Sequence record: PQ451753.1
DNA: 64,000 nucleotides
Strand: one strand, 5' to 3'
Below the pieces are notes generated by a model. It ran no database searches, was not told the origin of the DNA, and saw only the letters and a list, made by a program, of their open reading frames with translations. The first letter of the stretch is position 1, and the number at the start of each line of letters is the position of its first letter. Made by a program: the position numbers and the translations under genes. This document shows positions 48,874-57,147 of this stretch, piece by piece.

Positions 48874-50181
48874 TTACGTGTAAACGTTAGCTGATAACGC
48901 ACGTAGTAAGAAGTACAACATTAATGCAGTACGTACTGATGCAAGTGCAGAACTTGCACGCAGTGCGCTATGACGCTTTGCATACTTCTCAATACGGCTA
49001 CGTAGACTTAGTAGTCGAGGGTCAGTCGATTTAGATGACATGTACAGGGCACGCATCTTGTTTAAGATAAAACCAACATCGTGGAAACGGATACGTTCGC
49101 GAGCGATATAATCAAACGCATGCATCAGTGTGTCTTCCATGATGGCTTCCACTTCATCACGCTTCTTACCTGTTGGTGTACGCGCAATAGAACGGAGGAT
49201 ATCTAACAGTGACTGTCGTGAGGTGGTTGACATTACATCGAGTACCACATCCACTAACTCTAATTTGATAAAGCTAGCGTCGTTACCTGCAACATCGAGA
49301 AGATACGTCTTCGCATTGTTATAGGCACTGACTTGGTCACGAATGATCTTGTCTCCATCCAACACTACTGTATTAGACGTGGTTTCAATACGCAAGTTCC
49401 CTGAACGAACACGGTCAAGGATTTTGTATTGGTCTTTAATCGACTTACGGACACGAGTTGACATATCCGTTACGACGTACATGATACGTTCATCATCATC
49501 GAACTTAACTAAGTCACGATAGTGCTTACCGTCTTTCGAAAGGAATGACTCTGCACGCCACTTTAACACTTCACCCCAACTACCTAGTCGCTTAATAGCA
49601 AACTTCATTGTCAGAGCGCTATAGACGGCTTCTGCTGCCTCATTGTCCACAGGTTTATCAAAGTAGTGCGTGTAGATTGATGATAGGAAACGGAACTGAA
49701 GCATAACTAACGCTTCGACCATTGCTTCCTTTACAATCTTGTCACGTGGGTTGAGTTCATCGATACATTTATGAATGAACCAAACGACAGACAGGTTGAA
49801 AGCATCCCCTGCAACTTTCCAGTCTTTGTTCACTGCCTTAACTGAGTGGATACACTCTTGTAAGTAAGCTTCATCAATCTGGAGTACTTCATCGAACCAT
49901 CTGTCACGGTCATTATCGTACCAACGAATACGATCAACACCCATTAAGTTACCACCAAAAAACGACAAGTGCTCACCGCGTGACGCAATAGACTTGCTAT
50001 AATTTATCACACGCTTGCACATACTAATGGTGGGACTTGTTCCTTCCACGGCTTTTATGAACGCATCACGAATTGACGGAATACGTCCGTCATCTGAGTT
50101 AGCTTCTAAACCAACAATCGGCATCGTACCCACTTCTTGGGCGAGCGCAATCATGGCTAGAGTCGCTTTATTGAATTCCAT
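48874..50181 (-). CDS. Conserved jumbo-phage protein, possibly a processed virion protein
   Basis: About 435 aa; FFGGNLMGV motif; N-terminal VGLE resembles a head-protease site; GGAG RBS before ATG 50181. Confidence 0.6.
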   Translation of the reverse strand: MEFNKATLAMIALAQEVGTMPIVGLEANSDDGRIPSIRDAFIKAVEGTSPTISMCKRVINYSKSIASRGEHLSFFGGNLMGVDRIRWYDNDRDRWFDEVLQIDEAYLQECIHSVKAVNKDWKVAGDAFNLSVVWFIHKCIDELNPRDKIVKEAMVEALVMLQFRFLSSIYTHYFDKPVDNEAAEAVYSALTMKFAIKRLGSWGEVLKWRAESFLSKDGKHYRDLVKFDDDERIMYVVTDMSTRVRKSIKDQYKILDRVRSGNLRIETTSNTVVLDGDKIIRDQVSAYNNAKTYLLDVAGNDASFIKLELVDVVLDVMSTTSRQSLLDILRSIARTPTGKKRDEVEAIMEDTLMHAFDYIARERIRFHDVGFILNKMRALYMSSKSTDPRLLSLRSRIEKYAKRHSALRASSALASVRTALMLYFLLRALSANVYT

Positions 50182-50237
50182 AAGGACTCCCATAGTTGTG
50201 ATACAGAGGATTTACAGCCACACCTATCCTAAATAGG

Positions 50238-50260
50238 TTCAGTTATATTTCATTAATGTG
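50238..50260 (+). promoter_or_regulatory. Putative phage (early) promoter motif, copy 3
   Basis: TTCAGTTATATTTCATTAATGTG in a divergent intergenic region. Confidence 0.6.
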
Positions 50261-50298
50261 ATATATCAACCACCCGTTCAATTATTAAGGAGATTACC

Positions 50299-51063
50299 AT
50301 GCAACTAGAAAGACGGGCAACACTAAACAGGCACATCGAAACTAACCAGATTATTCTCGATGGTGGCAAGATTAAAGCATTTGCAATGAAGACCGGAGCA
50401 CTATGCCGTATACATAAAACTGGTAACATCATTAACATGAAGAACGGCAAGACTCGTTTCTGTAATGATGACTTAAGCAAGTACTTATACGAACAAGGTG
50501 TTCGTGGCGATTTTCTTATCCACCACAAGACCCAAACATTCGGTGTACCGAAGTGGCTAACATTCAGTCAGTACAATCGTCCATTCGAAGAATGGTCGCA
50601 ACACATTGAGATATACACGCTCGATGGATTGGAAAAGGAAGATTCTAATATTCCAATCAAACCATTAAAGACCTTCCATGTAAGTCTCGACGATATTAAA
50701 GAAACCGTCGATGAGTTATCAGAAGACGCTACCTTTGATGGTTTGATACTGACCGCAGCCACATTCGACAACCAAAACAAATGGTACCAAGTATTGCCCA
50801 CTCGATATTGCAATGGCCGCATCGTTGATTACAATTTCAACGACGGTGATGAGGACTATGTCATTGTAGAGATTCACCACGAAGGTGAAATGTATCGCAC
50901 TAAAATCTGTAAGTTCACAAAGACCATGTCAAGTGACTTGCAGGAATATGGCGACGCTGTACTTAACCGCAATCTTAAAATTCAATACAGTGCCTTTATC
51001 CCAGGCGACCGCTTAGAGAACTTCTCAAGCCCATACGCACTGTATCTAATTAACCGCCCATAA
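50299..51063 (+). CDS. Degenerate ATP-dependent DNA ligase-like protein
   Basis: MKTGALCRIHK vs motif I KxDGxRxQIHK; FDGLIL vs EGxxxK; WYQVLP vs WxKxKP; terminal KIQY...F.SP vs OB-fold V.Y...LRFP. Confidence 0.4.
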   Translation: MQLERRATLNRHIETNQIILDGGKIKAFAMKTGALCRIHKTGNIINMKNGKTRFCNDDLSKYLYEQGVRGDFLIHHKTQTFGVPKWLTFSQYNRPFEEWSQHIEIYTLDGLEKEDSNIPIKPLKTFHVSLDDIKETVDELSEDATFDGLILTAATFDNQNKWYQVLPTRYCNGRIVDYNFNDGDEDYVIVEIHHEGEMYRTKICKFTKTMSSDLQEYGDAVLNRNLKIQYSAFIPGDRLENFSSPYALYLINRP

Positions 51064-51072
51064 GGAGACATT

Positions 51073-51477
51073 ATGGATCTTTCATTAACACGTCTAAACC
51101 GTGGTCAAGTCCAAGTTCAGGGTGAGTTTCTCAACTTCACAATCTCAGACGAAGGTTTCAACCAACGTCTGATGGACTTAAAAGGACATCCTAAATCAGG
51201 TGACTATGTCATCCATCTACGCATCACTGATGACGTGGGTAATGTAAGCGAACGTCTGTACGCTATTGAGTCTAAGTTCACCTACAAGTTCCTAAACCGC
51301 ATCACGCTTCGTAAAGCATTACAAAATGTATTCAAGCTATACGATGTCGAAGTCATCAACGCAGGTCTATACTTCAGTACGCTGAACGCAGCTTATGTGC
51401 ATAAGTCAGTAGTACGTATCGACAACCAAGCATCTAATGATAAAGAGCTGTATGTAAAGGAGCTTAGAGCAGCATGA
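51073..51477 (+). CDS. Hypothetical protein
   Basis: 134 aa, AAGGAG RBS. Confidence 0.7.
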   Translation: MDLSLTRLNRGQVQVQGEFLNFTISDEGFNQRLMDLKGHPKSGDYVIHLRITDDVGNVSERLYAIESKFTYKFLNRITLRKALQNVFKLYDVEVINAGLYFSTLNAAYVHKSVVRIDNQASNDKELYVKELRAA

Positions 51478-51737
51478 TCATGCACTATATTGAACTGGCA
51501 TTAATCTTTGTACTCGCCTTAGTTATCTACTGGGAACTACTTGAACTTAAAGGTCAAGAATACGGCCCAGTCTTGACAGCATTACGTGTGCTGCCAGTTC
51601 TATTTATGCCTGTACTCGCGATGGCGTATCTTGGATGGTACGCCAATTCCAAAACTGAACGTAAGAAGTTTAAGATGCCAATTAACGTTGGCTTCTTCAT
51701 TGTTATTGCAGCGTACTTCCTGTACTACTTTTATTAG
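51474..51737 (+). CDS. Small multi-TM membrane protein
   Basis: 87 aa, three hydrophobic segments. Confidence 0.65.
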   Translation: MIMHYIELALIFVLALVIYWELLELKGQEYGPVLTALRVLPVLFMPVLAMAYLGWYANSKTERKKFKMPINVGFFIVIAAYFLYYFY

Positions 51738-51746
51738 GAGCTCATC

Positions 51747-52034
51747 ATGAAATATTTCAACCTCACCAGCGTCCCTGTAAGCGGCTATGAGATGGTTGCA
51801 GGTTTACCTAATGAACTAGGTGACCGATTAACCGAATACCTCTCACGTGGCTTTGAGAAGGATGCTGTGAGCCTTTCAGTATTGATGGACAACGCAGGTA
51901 TCAAAGGTTTTATCATTGACCCTATTCATACGCCAGATACAACCAAACATATCTTACGTAAAGTAAGCCAACTACGCGGCAGCTGCGCAGCATTCTCAGT
52001 GAGTGCTGGTCAGTTGGTTCCCGCAACCCAGTAA
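51747..52034 (+). CDS. Hypothetical protein
   Basis: 95 aa, AGGAG RBS. Confidence 0.65.
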   Translation: MKYFNLTSVPVSGYEMVAGLPNELGDRLTEYLSRGFEKDAVSLSVLMDNAGIKGFIIDPIHTPDTTKHILRKVSQLRGSCAAFSVSAGQLVPATQ

Positions 52035-52050
52035 CGTGAGTGGTACTTTT

Positions 52051-52075
52051 GGGGGTCTTCGGACCCTCTTTTTTT
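52051..52075 (+). terminator. Intrinsic terminator
   Basis: GGGGGTC-TTCG-GACCCTC followed by T7. Confidence 0.85.
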
Positions 52076-52093
52076 GTGTCGGCAAATAAAACT

Positions 52094-52460
52094 ACAGGCG
52101 ATGCTAGGAATTAACCTAGCAACCTGTCGGACATATAATACCCTACTAAGGCAAATAAAAAAGGGGTTGTCGGTGAGTTTCCCCACCGACGATGCCAGAC
52201 AACGAGTTACAAAATCAACCATATGGAGAGCATGGCGTGCGGAGTGGGCTGCTGTTCGGTCAACCCACTCCACGGGACAAACGCCTCGTCTACATCACGT
52301 TAGGACCCACGTTTGAAACATAACCGATAATCATAGGAGGTGCAGCGTTAACAGTTGGCTAAGTCACTGTACTGCAATATCGGATAGGCGATTGTCGTAA
52401 GGAATCTTTGGCTGGTTCGAACAGTCCCTTACAGAAGATATGACATTCAGTAAAAAATTA
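52094..52460. ncRNA. Candidate structured non-coding RNA (strand unresolved)
   Basis: At least six helices found by eye in an otherwise non-coding ~370-nt gap; no family recognised. Confidence 0.45.
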
Positions 52461-52462
52461 CT

Positions 52463-53605
52463 TTATGTGGCTTGCTTCAATGATTGACGTGCTAGCATAT
52501 TGACCGCAATAAGTGTGCGTACTAGTGATGCGCTGATGGCTGACTCAACCGAAACTGCGTTCTTAATGTCTTGCTTCAATTGTTTCACATTACCACGACC
52601 TTCCGCTTCAAACTTCGCTAGCTTATCTTGAGCTTTCTTAACTGAGGCTTGTTCTTTGTTGAACTTGTACGAGATATCGCTGGTTACCTCAACTAGCGAT
52701 CGTAATGCAGGCATCAGTTTATTAGTATCGCTTGGAGTTAGCGTGATCGTATCAGATGTCTTCTCAACTAAAGGTGCTGCCCAACCCGTCTTGCGTGTAC
52801 CCGTTGGAGTAATCGCAGTTGCTATGTAAATGTTACCCGGCAATGCTTTAACCTGAGCGCGACTGTCTTTCTTAATAATGAGCGGCATGGCTTGTTGGAT
52901 AGCTTGGTCAGCGACTCCACTAATTGCAATACGTTCAAGCTTTGCAGTTGCCTCATCCCAGTTGTAAGTATCAAGCATGTAACCTTTAGCTGGATTGATT
53001 ACAGCATAAAAGGCATCGGCTGCGTTAGTGATGTCACGACCGTTCTTACCAAGATCGAGGTGACGGGCAATATCAAACTTACTTGCAATATACAAGTAGC
53101 TGTATTCCATCTTACGCTTCAGTTCAAACGGGTGACCTGCGGCGTACTCCAGGTAATCTGCTTCGTTCTTCTCTAGCCACTTACGAGATTGTTCTGATAT
53201 GTTGAACATCTTCTTAAATGACTTCCACATACCGCTGAGTTTCTCAGAGAACCAATTACCGATGTTACTCATCAGTCCTTCCATTGCAATATCAACTTCT
53301 TTGATAAAAGCAGTACGGGGACAAGAGGCGGATTCAAGACCTACAGATTCGGATAGGAACCAACGTGCTTTAATGTCATTAACGGCATAAAGCATACCAG
53401 TGTAATCTAGGTGTGATTCAGACACTTGTTCCATGGCGATCTTTTTCAGGTTGTCAAGTGTTTCTAAATCGTTAAACAGTTGTTCACCGTCGGCGTCTAA
53501 GGTTTGTTGTTGTTCGAATAAACACAATGCTTCCATTGCGACAGTTGTCATCTCATCGTGATCGTAGCCCCCGCCATCTGCATCGATCCATTTTTTAGTT
53601 TGCAT
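52463..53605 (-). CDS. Internal head protein (phiKZ-family processed head protein type)
   Basis: Acidic propeptide-like N-terminus with repeated AME and GLE sites, then IAMEGLMSNIGNWFSEKL, typical of these head proteins. Confidence 0.75.
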   Translation of the reverse strand: MQTKKWIDADGGGYDHDEMTTVAMEALCLFEQQQTLDADGEQLFNDLETLDNLKKIAMEQVSESHLDYTGMLYAVNDIKARWFLSESVGLESASCPRTAFIKEVDIAMEGLMSNIGNWFSEKLSGMWKSFKKMFNISEQSRKWLEKNEADYLEYAAGHPFELKRKMEYSYLYIASKFDIARHLDLGKNGRDITNAADAFYAVINPAKGYMLDTYNWDEATAKLERIAISGVADQAIQQAMPLIIKKDSRAQVKALPGNIYIATAITPTGTRKTGWAAPLVEKTSDTITLTPSDTNKLMPALRSLVEVTSDISYKFNKEQASVKKAQDKLAKFEAEGRGNVKQLKQDIKNAVSVESAISASLVRTLIAVNMLARQSLKQAT

Positions 53606-53639
53606 ACGAAATCCTCCCTAGGGTTTATGCATACTATTC

Positions 53640-54510
53640 GATATTTCCCCCTTTAAGGTCCCCTCTTTCCTTTCCTTTTCTCTTTCCTTTTTCCCCTCTT
53701 TGGAAACACCCCTTTTACCTATCTCTTATCCTATCCTAACTCCCCCCTAAATCCCCCTTTTAGCGTCACTCCAGTCGCTTCGCTCCCAAGGAGTTCCTTG
53801 AATGCTGACATTAGATTAATGTCTCTATATTTTTTTACTGTACAAAAAGTGAACAGTTTTAAATTGAGTATAAAGTTTAAGAAAAATTTTAAGGTTTAAT
53901 TAATCTAAATATAAAAGTATGTTTAATAGAAATAGAACTATTGATCCAAGAGATTGACTTGTTTCTCCGAGAGATTGTATGGGCGTGCGCCGCCCGACTC
54001 GTATAAGGAGATAAGTGATGATACTGAAGTTTATAGCGATAGATGAAATCAATGCATTAAGGATGGCTAAGCAGCTGTTGCAGCGCGGCAGGAAAGTTGC
54101 TGTCTATAAGAGAATGGTGGTGTCTGAAATACAAGACAGTGAGAACGCATTCTTGCAATGCAAATACCGTGCGTATACGGAAACGATAACACCATGGGAT
54201 TGGCGTTACTTTGAATCGAACAATTTAATTTTTTGATCTAAATTAAGTGTTTTTCTAAGGTTAATGTTTTTTTCTACGGTTATACTCCTATTATATGTCT
54301 TACACAGCTTTTAGCTAGTGTGAGATCTAGAGGACAGGGCGAAGCCCTGCGTCGAAGGAAGACGGACGGAGACCGACCGGGGGCGGGAGACGACCGGAGG
54401 TAGAGATTCGAGGGAGCCCGGAGAGGCTCCCAGAGAAGTAGATAGATAAAGATAGATAAAAGAGAATAGAATAGGGAGAGAATCCAGGATGGATGGAAAG
54501 AAATGTGGAG
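53640..54510. other. Compositionally symmetric intergenic region, candidate replication origin or packaging/regulatory locus
   Basis: Pyrimidine tract 53644-53760, AT-rich core, purine tract about 54330-54510, divergent GCGAAGC mini-hairpins at 53777 and 54339. Confidence 0.4.
54018..54236 (+). CDS. Small hypothetical protein
   Basis: AAGGAG RBS; 72 aa. Confidence 0.55.
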   Translation: MILKFIAIDEINALRMAKQLLQRGRKVAVYKRMVVSEIQDSENAFLQCKYRAYTETITPWDWRYFESNNLIF

Positions 54511-54713
54511 CTTTAAAAAGTTTAGGATAAACTAGACTTTAAATAATCCTTTTTTTATTTGTTAAGGTTAAGTTATGAAATTAAATCTAATTTTAAAAAG
54601 TTTATTGATCGGCATTCCCGGATTGAGTCCTTTGCCGCCCGCGCCACTGGTTACTTTTTATACAGAGGTGCATAGTGTACATAACTCGTAAATTTTTCTT
54701 TAAAGGCTTTTAG

Positions 54714-55307
54714 ATGACTAAGACACTAATCGCGCTGGATATAGATGAAACACTCAATTCGATGTTAGACCATAAACTATTATGCGATGCTGATGACGAA
54801 GGTGGTGATGAACAACTATACCCTGCTCAGTTTGAAGGCATACTTAAGTTTTGTAATATAACGAATGGTGGAAATCGTTCTGAGTATGACTTAGGGATGT
54901 ATGTAAATGTTGAACAGTTAAAAGCGTTCAATGAAATACGAGAAGAGTTTGATGCGGATGTCTTAGGGACGTCTTCATGGTTCTGCGGTGGAAGGGATGA
55001 CAGAAAGGTAGCTGGCTTTCTTGATATACCAGATGAGAAGTTTATTGGTTCGGGCGATACTGGTGGTTCAGTAGGGCGTTGTAAGTCAGTTGCTGAAGCG
55101 GTATTGAAGGGTGGTTATAATCGCTTGATTGTGTTAGATGACCAGTACTTTGGTTGGGAGTTGTTTGGATTAGATGTTCATCGTCCTAACATCACTGGAG
55201 CAGAAGCGTTTAATAGTGAGTGTCAACAACAAGCGCGAGAGATTCAATCAATTGAAATAGACCATGTGGAGTTAGCGCGACTACTGGAAGCTTACAGGCG
55301 TAAGTAA
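54714..55307 (+). CDS. HAD-family phosphatase (RNA-repair-associated HAD_SAK_2-like)
   Basis: IALDIDETLN motif I, VLGTSSW motif II, LIVLDD motif IV. Confidence 0.65.
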   Translation: MTKTLIALDIDETLNSMLDHKLLCDADDEGGDEQLYPAQFEGILKFCNITNGGNRSEYDLGMYVNVEQLKAFNEIREEFDADVLGTSSWFCGGRDDRKVAGFLDIPDEKFIGSGDTGGSVGRCKSVAEAVLKGGYNRLIVLDDQYFGWELFGLDVHRPNITGAEAFNSECQQQAREIQSIEIDHVELARLLEAYRRK

Positions 55308-55360
55308 AAGGCTATTCTTTGTAGAGTATACGTCTAGACAATTATAACAGTGAGGTGTGA

Positions 55361-55786
55361 ATGGCACAGATAGTAACTCTCACACCGAGTGAATTCATGT
55401 TAGCGGTGCATCAACAAAGCATCAGTCCTGCGCAATTAAGTAAGCGTGCTGGATTGGCGACTACGAAGATGCGTTCGTTTTATCAGGTTTCAGACGGTGA
55501 TGAGAACGATACCAATTTTGAAGTGGTAATAGGCGGCGTACGTCAGGCTAAAATGACGATTACAGCAGAAGCTCGTGTCTGGCATGAGTTGCTTAATATT
55601 TCTATTGCGGGATTGCGTAATGGAAAGACGTTTGAACAGACGCTGAAGTTAATGTTAGATAATCACTACGGTCGTTTCATTGATGTGGATGACGAATCGA
55701 CGGTGGGAATCAAAGCATTGTTTGATCAAGTTTATTACCTTCTACTGCATTATGAATACTGCGGACAAGTACTAAGTCTGCAATAG
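55361..55786 (+). CDS. Possible helix-turn-helix protein
   Basis: ISPAQLSKRAGLATTKMRSF resembles a Cro/XRE HTH; GAGGTG RBS. Confidence 0.45.
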   Translation: MAQIVTLTPSEFMLAVHQQSISPAQLSKRAGLATTKMRSFYQVSDGDENDTNFEVVIGGVRQAKMTITAEARVWHELLNISIAGLRNGKTFEQTLKLMLDNHYGRFIDVDDESTVGIKALFDQVYYLLLHYEYCGQVLSLQ

Positions 55787-55799
55787 TGAGGGAAGAAGA

Positions 55800-56261
55800 A
55801 TGTCAGTTAGTTTAATTGCTATACTCTCGGCAGAACAGCCAGGGTACTATAGCCAGATTATCAGTGACCTCGACACGAATGATCCGCGCACGCAAGCAGT
55901 TAAGCGTGCACTGGCGCATTATCATGAAGGCGTGGTTGCTAAATACGAAGATACCAACTTTAGTCGATTCGGTTACATTACTGGAAGTCTTACGATTGAT
56001 TGGGATAAACGTTTTGGTGAAATACCTGCTTGCATGTTGTCGTTCTACTATGAAGCAGTTCGTCGATGTGTAGCCAATCGTGATAACTTTCCACACGCAG
56101 TGATGTTCTTATTCGACCGACTGGGACATCGGATTAAACTGTATCGTGAGCATTGTACCGAAGAAGAAGTCAATGAATGGATACGTCAGGTTGTTCACGA
56201 TTTATACCTTGAATACGAAGAGCGTCCAGAACCCATTAATTTAATACATATAGATCTATGA
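55800..56261 (+). CDS. Hypothetical protein
   Basis: 153 aa. Confidence 0.65.
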   Translation: MSVSLIAILSAEQPGYYSQIISDLDTNDPRTQAVKRALAHYHEGVVAKYEDTNFSRFGYITGSLTIDWDKRFGEIPACMLSFYYEAVRRCVANRDNFPHAVMFLFDRLGHRIKLYREHCTEEEVNEWIRQVVHDLYLEYEERPEPINLIHIDL

Positions 56262-56329
56262 TGTGTAGGAATCGGGCTTGCACGCGGTTTCTGGGAATGA
56301 TTTTAAATGGGGTTGCGCATTTGCAGTCC

Positions 56330-56380
56330 GGTAGGGTTGATAGGTTCTTGCTTATCCTCCCTACCAACCTTTTTTTATTT
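56330..56380 (+). terminator. Intrinsic terminator
   Basis: GGTAGGG..GATAGG/CTTATC..CCCTACC followed by a T-run. Confidence 0.65.
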
Positions 56381-56395
56381 GTCTGAGGAAATATC

Positions 56396-57097
56396 ATGAA
56401 ACATCTTTTAGCCGCCTTGGCGTTACTGTTTGCAATGCAGTCACAAGCCATGGTGAAACTATCAACAAGTGGCGGCATCTGTCATTCAGAAACGTCACCT
56501 TACTATGAACGTATTGTTAACTATACATCATACCTGAATATGGACACCTGTTCTTCTGAACTGGGATTTATGTTTGTAAAGAGCTGCATTGATGCGGGTG
56601 CGTGCTATGACCCCGAACCTGCTCCAGAGGGATATGACCGTATTAAGATGTTTGGTAATTGGGATGACCCTGATGGGAACTGTTTAAATACAAGACATCA
56701 ATTACTGGCTATCACATCGTACGATACGGTAGAGATAGAAGATTGTCGAGTTGTATCAGGTAATTGGATTTCACACTTCACTAACCTGACGATTACTGAC
56801 CCATCCAAGATGGACATCGACCATATTGTGCCATTGTATCATGCATGGGCTCATGGTGCCGATAAATGGACGCAGGAACAACGTGAAGCCTTTGCAACGG
56901 ATACAGATAACCTATGGCCAGTAGAACTATCATTGAACCGTACAAAGTCTGACAGAGGTCTGGACTGGCTACCGCCTAAGAACCAGTGTCAGTACATCTT
57001 GAAGTTTTTAAACGTGGTTGAGAAGTACGATCTCCTTTACAGTGGGGAAGAACTTCAGTTCCATAAGAAGCAACGATTTGATTACTGTGGATTTTAA
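56396..57097 (+). CDS. Secreted HNH endonuclease (DUF1524 family)
   Basis: Signal peptide MKHLLAALALLFAMQSQA; DIDHIVPL..AW..GA..WT..QR..FA.D..NL..V....NR.KSD signature. Confidence 0.8.
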   Translation: MKHLLAALALLFAMQSQAMVKLSTSGGICHSETSPYYERIVNYTSYLNMDTCSSELGFMFVKSCIDAGACYDPEPAPEGYDRIKMFGNWDDPDGNCLNTRHQLLAITSYDTVEIEDCRVVSGNWISHFTNLTITDPSKMDIDHIVPLYHAWAHGADKWTQEQREAFATDTDNLWPVELSLNRTKSDRGLDWLPPKNQCQYILKFLNVVEKYDLLYSGEELQFHKKQRFDYCGF

Positions 57098-57104
57098 GAC
57101 ACAT

Positions 57105-57138
57105 AAAGAGAGGAGGCGTAAGCCCCCTCTCTGATTTA
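57105..57138. terminator. Hairpin between convergent genes, probable terminator
   Basis: AGAGAGG...GGC-GTAA-GCC...CCTCTCT. Confidence 0.55.
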
Positions 57139-57147
57139 TGTCGGTTG

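Noticed and set aside
52010-52316. ORFs 52010..52273 (-) and 52074..52316 (+) as real genes
   Set aside because: They cross terminators, lack an RBS and have atypical composition; the region is better explained as structured non-coding sequence
52397-52432. tRNA gene suggested by GGTTCGAA
   Set aside because: Only a T-arm-like hairpin and a short closing stem; no D-arm, anticodon arm or CCA. Kept only as part of the ncRNA candidate
56396-57097. Homing endonuclease interpretation of the HNH gene
   Set aside because: It has a signal peptide and DUF1524 signature, and is not inside an intron or next to a split gene
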